The notes below the pieces were generated by a model. The model worked only from the letters and a program-made list of their open reading frames with translations, was not told where the DNA came from and ran no database searches. The position numbers and the translations under genes were made by a program. Below are positions 18,904 to 29,372 of a DNA stretch of 64,000 nucleotides, piece by piece. The number at the start of each line of letters is the position of its first letter. The first letter of the stretch is position 1. The stretch spans positions 59,120 through 123,119 of the forward strand of contig CAMBUO010000001.1 of the NCBI GenBank assembly GCA_945871105.1, written 5' to 3'. This DNA is from an uncultured Clostridia bacterium. Its GTDB lineage: Bacteria > Bacillota_I > Bacilli_A > RF39 > UBA660.

Positions 18904-20874
18904 CTATATTTTTTCTAAAATTTCTTTTTCAAACCATACTGGATCTGGTTCCGATGACTTATAGGCCTTATCAAACCAAGAATATATATAATCATACTTT
19001 ACATTATTAATAAGCAACTTCTTTAAAATATCTATGTTAATAGGTATGATTTTAAGTCCGTTTATAAATTCACCGTTTCCTTTTGGATAACAATATGTTT
19101 TTCTATTTCTAAAGTCCATTATAATTCTTTCTTCTAATATTGGAGCTACAAATAAGGCATAGTCATTTTCATTATTTGTTAGTTTTATATTTTCTCCTAA
19201 ATGTCTTGAAACAGGTTCCATTTCCATAGATCTTTGACTTGTTGATTCTGAAAGAGTTGCCTCTATTAACAAATCATGTTTAGGATAACTATCTTCCTCA
19301 TATTTATATACAATATCAGCCATACCACCACCAGCATGAGTCTTTGGAAGTAAATCAGCATCTAAACTCAAATTCATATAGTCTAATATATTTCCTTTTT
19401 TATTACTAATTCTATACCAAGCAATTCCTAATACATATTCAAAAATAGTTGGAACTGTGGCATTATCAGTAACATAATCATTTACTATCTCATCATTTCT
19501 ATCTTTAATATTATCTAATAGCATTAAAATTTTATCATTAGGAAACTTCTCATCAATTAATTTGTTAAATGCTTTTAATTTTTCATTTTCAACATAACTA
19601 TTAATTGTATTTATTGTTAAATTCGTTCCTAAACTACTATTAATATTTTTAATAACATCTTCAATGTTTAAAGAATAGTTAGGAGAAATTTTTTCAAGGG
19701 ATACGTTGTTATAAAATATTTCTTTATAATTATCTTCATCTAATAATTTCTCATCAAGTAAGTCATCTACAATTCCCTCAAAATAATATTTTGGTAACAT
19801 ATCAAGTTCAATTTTATTACCTTCAAACTTAATAATATCTGTTAAAGAAAAATATCTTTTATTTAAATCAAAATATTCTTTTAGATTTACTTTCCACTTA
19901 AACAAATGTAAATTAGTAAAAAACTTTTGCTTGAAATCTATAATATTTTTTACTGTCGAAATATCAAGATTTCTAAATTTCTTATCAAATTCTTCATCTA
20001 AACTATTAACTCTATAACCGAAAAATAAGTATTCAACCCAAAGTGGCCTTGTATTTCCAGATATATCTTGACAATAATTATATAATTCTTTATATTTTTC
20101 TAATCTTTCCTCGAAAGTATTATACCTTAAATGAAAAACCAAATCTACTAAAGCATGATATACATTATTGTAATTTCTATCATAAGCTCTACTTTTTCTA
20201 TTAATTCCGATTTTTTCAAAAGTTTCTTCAGTAATAGGATAATCTTGCCTAAAAATATTCCATGCTTCTAAGTAATTTTTCATTTCAAATATTTTCATTT
20301 TAATTATTTCATTGATATCTAATCCCATTCTATTTGCTTTAATATTTTCCACCATTTTTTTAACATCATACTTATTTTTGCATAATGGCAATAAATATGT
20401 AAATTCTTCATAAGAAAGATAATCTAATTTTTCAATCATATATACTAGTGCAATAAATGGTCTTATTTTTATATCACCATCAACTATTTGAAGTTTCAAC
20501 ATTTGTAACAAATAGTAATAACTATCTTCTGACACAAAGAAAATATTATCTTTTGTCATTTGTTTATATAATAAATTTTCTATATTATTTCCAACAGCAG
20601 TTAATCTTCTGTCATCTGTTATAACACCAATATTAACTAATCCTGAGGTTTTTTCTCTTGCATCTTTATCTGGTCTTAAGGCATCACCATATATAAAGTC
20701 ATTTTCTTTTAAGTAATTATAATATTTTTTTTGAGTATTAGAATTCCATTGTGAATTAGGATTTAGTTTCCAAAATTCTTTTAATAATTGTAACTGTCTT
20801 TCAATCTTATAATTCAATTGACTTGTTCTAAAACTGGTAGTACCAATAGACCAACTATAACTTTTAAAAGCCAT
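18904..20874 (-). CDS. Type IIS restriction endonuclease / nicking endonuclease of the AlwI (PleI/MlyI/N.BstNBI) family
   Basis: The C-terminal half (…LLPKTHAGGGMADIVYKYEEDSYPKHDLLIEATLSESTSQRSMEMEPVSRHLG…YALFVAPILEE…IIPINIDILKKLL) resembles the catalytic region of N.BstNBI/AlwI-family enzymes as recalled from memory. The protein is 656 aa and sits next to a double-domain methyltransferase. Confidence 0.6.
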   Translation of the reverse strand: MAFKSYSWSIGTTSFRTSQLNYKIERQLQLLKEFWKLNPNSQWNSNTQKKYYNYLKENDFIYGDALRPDKDAREKTSGLVNIGVITDDRRLTAVGNNIENLLYKQMTKDNIFFVSEDSYYYLLQMLKLQIVDGDIKIRPFIALVYMIEKLDYLSYEEFTYLLPLCKNKYDVKKMVENIKANRMGLDINEIIKMKIFEMKNYLEAWNIFRQDYPITEETFEKIGINRKSRAYDRNYNNVYHALVDLVFHLRYNTFEERLEKYKELYNYCQDISGNTRPLWVEYLFFGYRVNSLDEEFDKKFRNLDISTVKNIIDFKQKFFTNLHLFKWKVNLKEYFDLNKRYFSLTDIIKFEGNKIELDMLPKYYFEGIVDDLLDEKLLDEDNYKEIFYNNVSLEKISPNYSLNIEDVIKNINSSLGTNLTINTINSYVENEKLKAFNKLIDEKFPNDKILMLLDNIKDRNDEIVNDYVTDNATVPTIFEYVLGIAWYRISNKKGNILDYMNLSLDADLLPKTHAGGGMADIVYKYEEDSYPKHDLLIEATLSESTSQRSMEMEPVSRHLGENIKLTNNENDYALFVAPILEERIIMDFRNRKTYCYPKGNGEFINGLKIIPINIDILKKLLINNVKYDYIYSWFDKAYKSSEPDPVWFEKEILEKI

Positions 20875-21045
20875 AATCTATCTACTCCCTTTATATCTAT
20901 TTTAACATAAAACTTAGCATTTTTTAAATTTAAAACTGATTTTCTTTGATTTTTTTATTTTTTTTAAATTGTCTTCTTACATCACAGATGATATTTAAAA
21001 TTAAACTACTATATTTGCTAAGAAAAGTCAATAATATCTATTTTT

Positions 21046-22215
21046 TTAAAATAAATCGCCGGTTATCATACCCTTTAAGATTTTCATAAATATATTAAAG
21101 TAATTATCTTTTTTTAAATCCTCGGAAACGGTTATTTTTACTTCTTCAATCATATTACCAAGATCATCTTTCACAATAAGTTTACCAATTACATCTCCTT
21201 TATAAATAGGTAGCTTTAAAGTATTTAAAACAACATTTGATTTATATTCTTTCTTTTTTTCACTTTGTTTTTTTAAAACTGTTACATCTTGATTAGCTAT
21301 AATTTTAACTTTTTCTAAATTGGCTTTATCTAAAGAAATTGTTCCTAGTTCTTCACCTTTTTGTTTAATAGTTGTAACTTCATATAAATTAAAACCATAG
21401 TCTAATAATTCTGCTGTTTCTTTATTACGAACTTTTCCTTCTTTTTCGCCTAAAACAATAGCTAATAGTCGCATATTGTTGCGTTTAGCCGTTACGGCCA
21501 TACAATATCCAGCATTATCAGTCATTCCCGTTTTTAAGCCATCAGCCCCTTGATAAGTTTTAATTAATTTATTTGTATTTACAAGCCAGAATTGCCTATC
21601 GGTTCCTTTTCTTAAATAATCTTCATAGATACTAGTATAATTAAATATTTCTTCATGACTAATTAACTCTTTGGCAATTATTGCCATATCGTAAGCTGTT
21701 GAATAATGATTTTCTTCATCTAAACCGGTTGGATTAACAAAATTGGTATTTTTTAAACCTAATTCTTTTGCTTTTTCATTCATCATTTTAACAAAATCAG
21801 CTTCCGTTCCGCCAATTCTTTCAGCCATAGCTACTATTCCATCATTAGCACTAGCCATCATAATACCCTTAATTAAATCTAAAACCGTTATTTCTTCTCC
21901 TTCTTCTAGCCAAATCTGTGATCCTCCCATATTACTAGCATTTTTACTTGCTTTAATTTTTTCATCTAATCGAATATTACCATCTTCTAAAGCTTCCATT
22001 ACTAAAATCATTCCCATCATCTTGGTCATGGAAGCAACACTTACTTTTTCATGAATATTTTTTTCATAAATAATCGTTCCTGTTGAAACTTCCATTAATA
22101 AACCACTTTTAGCATTAGGAAGTAAAGTATCAGCTTTAACTACTTTTGTATTTAAAAATATTAAACTTAAACAAAGAAAAGTTATTATTCCTTTTTTTAA
22201 TAATTTCATATTCAC
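21046..22215 (-). CDS. dacA: Serine-type D-alanyl-D-alanine carboxypeptidase (PBP5/DacA-like)
   Basis: SxxK (VASMTKMM), SxN (ASANDG) and KTG (LKTGMTD) motifs, plus an N-terminal signal peptide. Confidence 0.85.
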   Translation of the reverse strand: MNMKLLKKGIITFLCLSLIFLNTKVVKADTLLPNAKSGLLMEVSTGTIIYEKNIHEKVSVASMTKMMGMILVMEALEDGNIRLDEKIKASKNASNMGGSQIWLEEGEEITVLDLIKGIMMASANDGIVAMAERIGGTEADFVKMMNEKAKELGLKNTNFVNPTGLDEENHYSTAYDMAIIAKELISHEEIFNYTSIYEDYLRKGTDRQFWLVNTNKLIKTYQGADGLKTGMTDNAGYCMAVTAKRNNMRLLAIVLGEKEGKVRNKETAELLDYGFNLYEVTTIKQKGEELGTISLDKANLEKVKIIANQDVTVLKKQSEKKKEYKSNVVLNTLKLPIYKGDVIGKLIVKDDLGNMIEEVKITVSEDLKKDNYFNIFMKILKGMITGDLF

Positions 22216-22255
22216 CCCTATTTAAATTTATGAATAAAAAATAGAACTATACGTT

Positions 22256-23407
22256 CTATTTCAAGAATATTCCAAGATAAATAAGGAAAACTAAGAAAAT
22301 AAGTGATAAAATAACTCCATTGATGTTTTCTACTTTTTTATGTTTATATTTTAAACCAACGGCCATGCTAATTAAAACACCACCTATTAATCCTCCAATA
22401 TGAGCAAAATAATCAATTCCTGGAACAATTAAACCAATAACTAAATTTAATAAAATAACTGGTAATATTCTTTGTTTCCAAGTACTTCCAATATAAACAC
22501 GATAGTAATAGCCAAAATAAAGTAATGCTCCCATTAATCCAAAAATAGCTCCACTAGCACCAATTGAAGCATTATTGGATAAAGTAATACTTAATAAACT
22601 ACCAGTAATAGCACTAAATAAATAAATAATTAAATACTTACTTTTACCATAAAAACTTTCTATTTGACTACCAATTATATATAAAGCATAACAATTACTT
22701 AATAAATGAAATAAACCACCATGTAAAAGAGTTCCTGTTAATAAACGATAATACTCATGATATTTTCTAATAAATGGTCCATAAACAGCAAACATGTTAA
22801 TAAAATTATCTTGATTATTAGTAAACAAACCAAGTAAATAAATTAAAACAAGTAAACCAATTATAACATAAGTAACAATTATTTTCTTAGGTGCAAAAAT
22901 ATCATCATTCTTGATGGCTTCTTCTCTATTTTTTTCATTAATTTCATTAGTAATTTTTAAAAATAAACTAAATCCTTCTTCTTTAAACTCTAAATTATTT
23001 TTTAAATCACTAAAATTAGTTTGAATAACTTGATTATTTAATAAATCATCAGTTTCTTTTATATTAATATATTTATACGTTTTATCATCTTGATTAGTTT
23101 TTTGAAAATCAACATTTTCACCTAAATCAGTAAAAATATTTAAAACTTGCATTTTTAAAGAAAAAGTTTTTTTCTTTATTTTACTAACTAATCTTTTAGT
23201 TTTAAACTTATCAAATTCCATTTGTTCATTATTATGAATATAATTATTAACTATACGTACTATTTTTATATCTTCTGATAAGTTTTCTAACCAAATTTCA
23301 TTTTTAGCTCCCTGTACTATTACAGGATTATAATTTTTTATTTTTATAAAATAATACAATAATTTCATTGTAATTAAATCTCTATCATTAATTATTTCTG
23401 CATTCAT
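22256..23407 (-). CDS. Rhomboid family intramembrane serine protease with N-terminal cytoplasmic domain
   Basis: C-terminal six-TM core with GASGAIFGLMGA (GxSG) and AHIGGLIGG (catalytic His). Hairpin terminator at 22222-22250. Confidence 0.7.
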   Translation of the reverse strand: MNAEIINDRDLITMKLLYYFIKIKNYNPVIVQGAKNEIWLENLSEDIKIVRIVNNYIHNNEQMEFDKFKTKRLVSKIKKKTFSLKMQVLNIFTDLGENVDFQKTNQDDKTYKYINIKETDDLLNNQVIQTNFSDLKNNLEFKEEGFSLFLKITNEINEKNREEAIKNDDIFAPKKIIVTYVIIGLLVLIYLLGLFTNNQDNFINMFAVYGPFIRKYHEYYRLLTGTLLHGGLFHLLSNCYALYIIGSQIESFYGKSKYLIIYLFSAITGSLLSITLSNNASIGASGAIFGLMGALLYFGYYYRVYIGSTWKQRILPVILLNLVIGLIVPGIDYFAHIGGLIGGVLISMAVGLKYKHKKVENINGVILSLIFLVFLIYLGIFLK

Positions 23408-23485
23408 CTTAAACTCCTTAAATAGAATTATATACTATTTTTAAGAATAAATAAAGTCTTAAGAAAAAAAACTAGTAAAAACTAG

Positions 23486-23734
23486 TTAAAAACTTTCTAT
23501 ATTGATATCAATATATTTATGATCATGTAAACTACTACTAGCTTTTAGAATCGTTCTAATAGCATTAGCGGTACGACCACCTTTACCAATTAATCTTGGT
23601 AAATCTGTTTCACTTACTAAAACTTCAATTGTTATTTTATTTTCATCATCAGATGGAAATTCTTTAACTGTTACCATGTCTTCATCAACAACTAAAGATT
23701 TAACAAGTCTTTCGGTTAAAGCAACATAATTCAT
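23486..23734 (-). CDS. KH-domain RNA-binding protein (YlqC/UPF0109 family)
   Basis: LIGKGGRTANAIRTIL GXXG loop, 82 aa, immediately downstream of rpsP as in other Firmicutes. Confidence 0.7.
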   Translation of the reverse strand: MNYVALTERLVKSLVVDEDMVTVKEFPSDDENKITIEVLVSETDLPRLIGKGGRTANAIRTILKASSSLHDHKYIDINIESF

Positions 23735-23736
23735 TA

Positions 23737-24009
23737 TTAATTGCCTTTCTTAGATTCATGAAATTTTTTCATAACACCAGCTTCACTTAATAAGTTGCGA
23801 ACTGTATCACTTGGAATTGCTCCATTAGCTAACCATTTTAAAGCAACTTCTTCATTAACTTTAACTGTTTTTGGTTCTGTTAAAGGATTATAAGTACCAA
23901 TTAATTCAATATATTCTCCATCTCTTTTCGTATGAGAATCAATTGCAACAATACGATAAACTGGTTTTTTCTTACTACCCATTCTTTTTAATCTTAATTT
24001 AACTGCCAT
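23737..24009 (-). CDS. rpsP: 30S ribosomal protein S16
   Basis: [43 protein letters not shown]. Confidence 0.95.
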   Translation of the reverse strand: MAVKLRLKRMGSKKKPVYRIVAIDSHTKRDGEYIELIGTYNPLTEPKTVKVNEEVALKWLANGAIPSDTVRNLLSEAGVMKKFHESKKGN

Positions 24010-24038
24010 AATAACACTTCCTTTCTTTTTTCTCTCTA

Positions 24039-24067
24039 ATTATAATATATATTGATATAGTTGTCAA
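24039..24067 (-). promoter_or_regulatory. Consensus sigma-A promoter (TTGACA-17-TATAAT) for rpsP
   Basis: On the minus strand the -35 TTGACA is the complement of 24062-24067, the spacer is 17 nt, and the -10 TATAAT is the complement of 24039-24044. It overlaps the inverted repeat GTTGTCAAC…GTTGACAG. Confidence 0.6.
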
Positions 24068-24090
24068 CCTTTTTTTGTTGACAGATTAAT

Positions 24091-24672
24091 TTATTCAACA
24101 ATATCATTATTATTATCAAATTCTACATTTAAATATTTACGACTAGCTAAGTAATCACACATATGAACAAAGTTTTCATATTTTGTTTTAGGTTTAGGTA
24201 ATACTTCATTACCATTATAATCCGTATTCCAAGGACCCATATGGCTTTCAATAACTTTACCAACAAATTTTAATTCATCAGCACTTAGTTTTAATTTATC
24301 TTTATTATCAATTATATAGTTTTTAATTAAAGTAGGATGATCAACTTGGGTATAACGATTATGAGTAAGTCCACTCTTTAAACCATCATGCAAGATTAAA
24401 GCCATTAACATTAAATCTTTTTCATCATCAGTATATTTATCGCCAATAGAAGGATCACTTAATAAATCTTTAGCAATTAAAACCGCAACTTTGACATGCC
24501 TAACCAACCCACCATCACCTAAAGTAAATTTAGGATGATACTTACCTGTTGATGATGCTGGTATTTGAAAGAAATAATCCGGAAGTAACCCAATCATTGT
24601 TTCACAACTATCTTTAATATTTTTATTTTTAATATAACTTAATTCTTTTTTAAAATAATCTTTTTTTTCCAT
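24091..24672 (-). CDS. HD-domain phosphohydrolase
   Basis: HPKFTLGDGGLVRHVKVAV…ALILHDGLKSG: H..HD metal-binding signature, 193 aa, in the lepA-hemW operon. Confidence 0.7.
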   Translation of the reverse strand: MEKKDYFKKELSYIKNKNIKDSCETMIGLLPDYFFQIPASSTGKYHPKFTLGDGGLVRHVKVAVLIAKDLLSDPSIGDKYTDDEKDLMLMALILHDGLKSGLTHNRYTQVDHPTLIKNYIIDNKDKLKLSADELKFVGKVIESHMGPWNTDYNGNEVLPKPKTKYENFVHMCDYLASRKYLNVEFDNNNDIVE

Positions 24673-24673
24673 A

Positions 24674-25762
24674 CTACTCTCCTACAAAATTAATTAATAT
24701 ACTATTTTCAATATATATTTTATCATAACTTATAAATAAATTACTACCATCATCTATAATTAATCCTTCTTTTATTAAATCTTTAATATTATATAAATCA
24801 AGAATATTAACTTGATATTTATTAAAAAATTCTTTTTTATTAATACCATCTATTTTCCGAAAACCAAGAATTAAAGCATAAGATAAAATATCTTGTTTAG
24901 ATAAAGTTTCTTCATTTTCAACATAATTTCCACTTAAATACTTTCTTAAACTAATTACATTTTGATATCGAATATTATCTAAATAACCACTAGCACCTAA
25001 TCCAAAACCATAATAAGTATCATTATGCCAATAAACTAAATTATGCTTAGATTCATAACCAGGTTTAGAAAAATTACTAATTTCATAATGTCTAAAACCA
25101 TTATTAGTTAATTTTTTAATAATTAATTGATACATACTATTATCAAGATCTTCATCTATTTCTTGTTCACCTTTAATTTTTAAATAAGTATTATCTTCAA
25201 TCATTAAAGAATAAGTAGAAATATGATTTATATCTAAACTTAAAATATTATCTAAATCTTTTTCTAAATCAGCAAGTGTTTCTTCTTTTAAACCATAGAT
25301 TAAATCAACATTAATATTCTTAATATATTTTTTAATTAAGAAAATCTTTTCTTTAACTAAATTAAAATCATGATTTCTTTTTAAATAAGCTAAATTCTTT
25401 GGTAAAGAAGATTCAACTCCCATACTAATACGATTAACTCCCATTCCTTTTAAAAGTTTAATTTTTTCTAAATCAATTGATTCAGGATTAACTTCAAAAG
25501 TAAATTCGATTTTTTCTGAAAAATTAAATAATTTAATTATTTTTGATAACTTTTTTAATTGTTCTAAACTAAGAACACTAGGAGTACCTCCTCCAATATA
25601 TAAAGTTTTAATTATTTCTCCTTGATATTTACTTTTGATTTCTTTTTCTAAAGTTATTAAATAATCATCAATATTTTTCGAATTACTTAATAACTTTGTA
25701 AAAGCACAATAAGAACAGATAGAATTACAAAAAGGAATATGAATATAAACGGAACTAGTCAT
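24674..25762 (-). CDS. hemW: Radical SAM heme chaperone HemW (HemN-like)
   Basis: [14 protein letters not shown] CxxxCxxC motif near the N-terminus, 362 aa, downstream of lepA. Confidence 0.85.
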   Translation of the reverse strand: MTSSVYIHIPFCNSICSYCAFTKLLSNSKNIDDYLITLEKEIKSKYQGEIIKTLYIGGGTPSVLSLEQLKKLSKIIKLFNFSEKIEFTFEVNPESIDLEKIKLLKGMGVNRISMGVESSLPKNLAYLKRNHDFNLVKEKIFLIKKYIKNINVDLIYGLKEETLADLEKDLDNILSLDINHISTYSLMIEDNTYLKIKGEQEIDEDLDNSMYQLIIKKLTNNGFRHYEISNFSKPGYESKHNLVYWHNDTYYGFGLGASGYLDNIRYQNVISLRKYLSGNYVENEETLSKQDILSYALILGFRKIDGINKKEFFNKYQVNILDLYNIKDLIKEGLIIDDGSNLFISYDKIYIENSILINFVGE

Positions 25763-27560
25763 TTATTTCCTCATTAGATAAAACCGTTAAAAACGCTTCT
25801 TGAGGTATTTCAACATTTCCTATTTGTTTCATTCGTTTTTTACCTTCTTTTTGTTTTTCTAATAATTTTTTCTTTCTTGAGACGTCTCCTCCATAACATT
25901 TAGCTAAAACATCTTTTCGCATAGCTTTGATATCAGCTCTTGCTATTACTTTAGATCCAATGGCTGCTTGAATAGGAACAACAAACATTTGTCTTGGAAT
26001 AATAGTTTTTAAATTATTAACTACTACTTTACCTTTATTATAAGCAAAGTCTTTATGAACAATAGTTGATAAAGCATCAACTGAAATACCATTAACTAAA
26101 ATATCCATTTTTACTAAATTACTAGGTTTATAACCAATTAATTCATAATCAAAAGAAGCATAACCTTTCGAAATACTTTTTAATTTATCAAAGAAATCAT
26201 AAACTATTTCCGATAAAGGTAATTCATAATGTAAAATAGCCCTTTCTGGGGTTAAATATTCTAATTTTTTATAATTACCTCTTTTGTTTTGACAAAGTTC
26301 CATTAGAGGACCAATATATTCACTAGGGGTAAAAATATTTGTTAAAATGTATGGTTCAGAAATTGTTTTAATTTTGGTAACATCAGGTAATTTTTGAGGT
26401 GAATCTATTTTAACAACTGATCCATCTGTTAATAATACTTCATAAATAACCGATGGGCTAGTAGCAATTAGATTTAAATTAAATTCTCTTTCTAAGCGTT
26501 CTTCAACTACATCCATATGAAGTAACCCTAGAAAACCACAACGAAAGCCAAATCCTAAAGCTTCACTAGTTTCCGGTTCGAAAGTTAAACTAGCATCATT
26601 TAATTTTAATTTTTCTAAAGCATCACGTAAATCATTATATTTATTTGTTTCAGTAGGATATAAACCAGTAAAGACAACTTGTTGCATTGGTTTATAACCA
26701 GGTAAAGCAAGAGAACAAGGATTGTTAACTAAAGTAATCGTATCTCCAACATGAATATCACTTATATTTTTAATAGAAGCAGCCATATAACCTACTTCTC
26801 CAACTTTTAGACTAGAAACTTTTTTTAAAGTAGGTGTATAAACAAATAACTCCGTTACTTCATATAAAGAACCCGTTTGCATAAATTCAATTTTATCACC
26901 AACTTTAAGTTCCCCATCAAAAACTCTTGTTAATACTAAAACACCTCGATAAGAATCATATAGACTATCAAAAATTAAAGATTTTAAAGGTTTACTAAAA
27001 TCACCTTTAGGTGGATTAATTCTTTCAATAATAGCTTCGACTAATTCTTTAACCCCTTCGCCTGTTTTAGCACTAGTAAGTAAAATTTCATTTTCAGAAA
27101 AACCAAAAGTATCAATTAATTCTTGAGTTGTTTTTTTTACATCTGCACTTGGTAAATCTATTTTATTAATAACTGGAATAATTGTTAAATCATTATCAAG
27201 AGCTAGATACATATTAGCAATTGTCTGAGCTTCAACTCCTTGGGTTGCATCAACAATTAAAATTGCTCCATCACTAGCTGCAAGTGATCTAGATACTTCA
27301 TAAGAAAAATCGACATGTCCTGGAGTATCAATTAAATTAAGCATGTATTCTTCACCTTTATAATTATAACTTAAACGAACGGTATTAAGTTTAATCGTGA
27401 TGCCTCTTTCTCTTTCTATATCCATATTATCTAACATTTGTTCTTTTATTTCTCTTTTACTAACAGCATTAGTAACTTCAAGTATTCTATCAGCCAAAGT
27501 TGATTTACCATGATCAATATGAGCAATAATAGAAAAATTACGAATATTTTCTTGTTTCAT
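25755..27560 (-). CDS. lepA: Elongation factor 4
   Basis: [19 protein letters not shown]1 motif and the unique LepA C-terminal domain, 601 aa. Confidence 0.95.
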   Translation of the reverse strand: MKQENIRNFSIIAHIDHGKSTLADRILEVTNAVSKREIKEQMLDNMDIERERGITIKLNTVRLSYNYKGEEYMLNLIDTPGHVDFSYEVSRSLAASDGAILIVDATQGVEAQTIANMYLALDNDLTIIPVINKIDLPSADVKKTTQELIDTFGFSENEILLTSAKTGEGVKELVEAIIERINPPKGDFSKPLKSLIFDSLYDSYRGVLVLTRVFDGELKVGDKIEFMQTGSLYEVTELFVYTPTLKKVSSLKVGEVGYMAASIKNISDIHVGDTITLVNNPCSLALPGYKPMQQVVFTGLYPTETNKYNDLRDALEKLKLNDASLTFEPETSEALGFGFRCGFLGLLHMDVVEERLEREFNLNLIATSPSVIYEVLLTDGSVVKIDSPQKLPDVTKIKTISEPYILTNIFTPSEYIGPLMELCQNKRGNYKKLEYLTPERAILHYELPLSEIVYDFFDKLKSISKGYASFDYELIGYKPSNLVKMDILVNGISVDALSTIVHKDFAYNKGKVVVNNLKTIIPRQMFVVPIQAAIGSKVIARADIKAMRKDVLAKCYGGDVSRKKKLLEKQKEGKKRMKQIGNVEIPQEAFLTVLSNEEIND

Positions 27561-27647
27561 AAATAATCCACTTCCTGTTTAATATTTTATCAAATTACCA
27601 ATCTAATGTCCATAGAAAAACTTCTTGCAAAACAAGAAGTTAATATT

Positions 27648-29195
27648 TTAATAACTATCACATACTTCTCCACCAGTTCCATAAATAGTTACACCATTTG
27701 CTGTATAAGGACTACTATCTGATAACCAAGGATAATATTTAGTACTATCAGTACTAGATGCAGGAATATTTTTAATATCAGAGCAACTTCTATTAATAGT
27801 TATACTACTTAAATTAGGATTACTATATGAATCATTATAAAATGCAGCTTGATTAATATATTGAATACCACTTCCTATTGTTACACTTGTTAATTGATTA
27901 TCAGAAAAAGCCCAAGCTCCTATTGTTGTTACACTATCTGGTATTGTTACACTTGTTAATTGATTATATATAAAAGCATGAGATCCTATTGTTGTTACAC
28001 TATTTGGTATTGTTACACTTGTTAATTGATTATTTTCAAAAGCTGAAGATTCTATTGTTGTTACACTATTTGGTATTACTACACTTTTTAAATCCTTGTT
28101 TGAAAATGAACCAGTAGGACCATCCGCCCTCATACCTTCTAAATCATATTTTTTATTATAATAATTTAGATTATTAAAATGTGAATTAGATTGTTTATTG
28201 TTTAATTGTTGAATAATACTAGTTTTATTATTTCCAATTACAGTAACTGGGTATCCTTGAATAGTAGAAGGAATAATAACATCACTTCCACATGTTTCGT
28301 CATAGTCAAGTATAGCAACTTCATTACCATCATTTATTGTTCCAACCGTAAAGCAAGATTCGTTAGTAGATATAGTTTTTTCATTAAAATCTCCGGTTAC
28401 ATTTACTTTGATTGAAGCATATACATCATTCCATTCTTCCATGGTATAATCTTGGTTAACATTACCAATAATTGTATCATTAGATATCCACATATAAAGT
28501 CTATAAGTATGAGTTACTTCAGTTGTGGTATTTTTATTAATGGTATCTACCCAGATTCTATGATTATTTAAATTACTATAAGATTTATTATCAACTACAG
28601 TTGTTTCTACTCCATCTTTTGTTTCAACTAATCTAAATTTTAATAAATCATCTCTTATCCTGGTTGTTCTTGTTGGATGATTATCTCCATATGATAATAC
28701 TATTTCATACCAAATATCTTTGTTGGTTGTAGTATTTTTTCCACCTACTGTAAATTCAAAATAAGGCATAGATGAATTTAAAACCAATATATTGTTTTCA
28801 ATAAATTTATTAATTAAGTTAAACTGATCTAAGGAGCCTTCATCATATGCTTGTTGTAATACAACACCATCTTTACAAATAGTTTCTGCATTAGTACTTG
28901 GCATACCAGTGGATAATACTAACAAATCTACACATTTAGATAGTTCGTTAGAACCACCCTCTGTATATTCTTGGGTACTCATAACGGAATTCACAATATA
29001 AGGATTATTTGGCATAGCATTTTCTAATGATATTTGATTAGTTTCATTATAATGCATATAAATATCTCCTACTACTAGTTTAGAATTAGTACTAGTTTTA
29101 TTAAAGTTAAATACAGCAAATGTTACTCCTAAACTTAAAACTAATATCCCTACTATTATAGTTGATAAAAATATAATTTTGTTTTTTTGATTCAT
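27648..29195 (-). CDS. Secreted or surface protein with BspA-type leucine-rich repeats and a SipW/TasA-like N-terminal signal
   Basis: Three or more 22-aa repeats ([22 protein letters not shown]) at the C-terminus. Signal anchor …[10 protein letters not shown]. Hairpin terminator at 27612-27636. Confidence 0.65.
   Translation of the reverse strand: MNQKNKIIFLSTIIVGILVLSLGVTFAVFNFNKTSTNSKLVVGDIYMHYNETNQISLENAMPNNPYIVNSVMSTQEYTEGGSNELSKCVDLLVLSTGMPSTNAETICKDGVVLQQAYDEGSLDQFNLINKFIENNILVLNSSMPYFEFTVGGKNTTTNKDIWYEIVLSYGDNHPTRTTRIRDDLLKFRLVETKDGVETTVVDNKSYSNLNNHRIWVDTINKNTTTEVTHTYRLYMWISNDTIIGNVNQDYTMEEWNDVYASIKVNVTGDFNEKTISTNESCFTVGTINDGNEVAILDYDETCGSDVIIPSTIQGYPVTVIGNNKTSIIQQLNNKQSNSHFNNLNYYNKKYDLEGMRADGPTGSFSNKDLKSVVIPNSVTTIESSAFENNQLTSVTIPNSVTTIGSHAFIYNQLTSVTIPDSVTTIGAWAFSDNQLTSVTIGSGIQYINQAAFYNDSYSNPNLSSITINRSCSDIKNIPASSTDSTKYYPWLSDSSPYTANGVTIYGTGGEVCDSY
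27884..28095. repeat. Tandem ~66-nt coding repeats (LRR modules)
   Basis: Repeated tattgttacacttgttaattgattat… units. Confidence 0.7.
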
Positions 29196-29264
29196 ATTTG
29201 TTCCTCCTTCTATTAATCAAAAAAACACGATTAAAATACAGTTTATTAACTGATTAACCATGTT

Positions 29265-29372
29265 TTAACCTCGTAAAAGCTTATTTGATAAGGTTTTAGC
29301 AGATATTACTACCCCCCCCCATGTCAAATATATGTCAAGTAAATCTAAATTATTTTTCTTAATTTCTAACAT
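29265..29372 (-). CDS. Small upstream ORF (35 aa) containing a G9 homopolymer, ahead of the LRR surface-protein gene
   Basis: AAAGGAG, 8 nt, ATG. Peptide MLEIKKNNLDLLDIYLTWGGVVISAKTLSNKLLRG. The 9-nt C tract (plus strand) at 29312-29320 encodes WGGV. Confidence 0.25.
   Translation of the reverse strand: MLEIKKNNLDLLDIYLTWGGVVISAKTLSNKLLRG

Noticed and set aside
27884-28095. Regular ~66-nt DNA repeats considered as a CRISPR-like array
   Set aside because: The repeats are in frame inside a long ORF and encode leucine-rich repeat modules. There are no spacers of unique sequence and no cas genes.
29312-29320. Poly-G frameshifting that would fuse the small upstream ORF to the LRR protein
   Set aside because: With 8, 9 or 10 G the upstream ORF still terminates well before the LRR start in all cases. 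No fusion product is possible, so any effect would be regulatory, not a coding switch.
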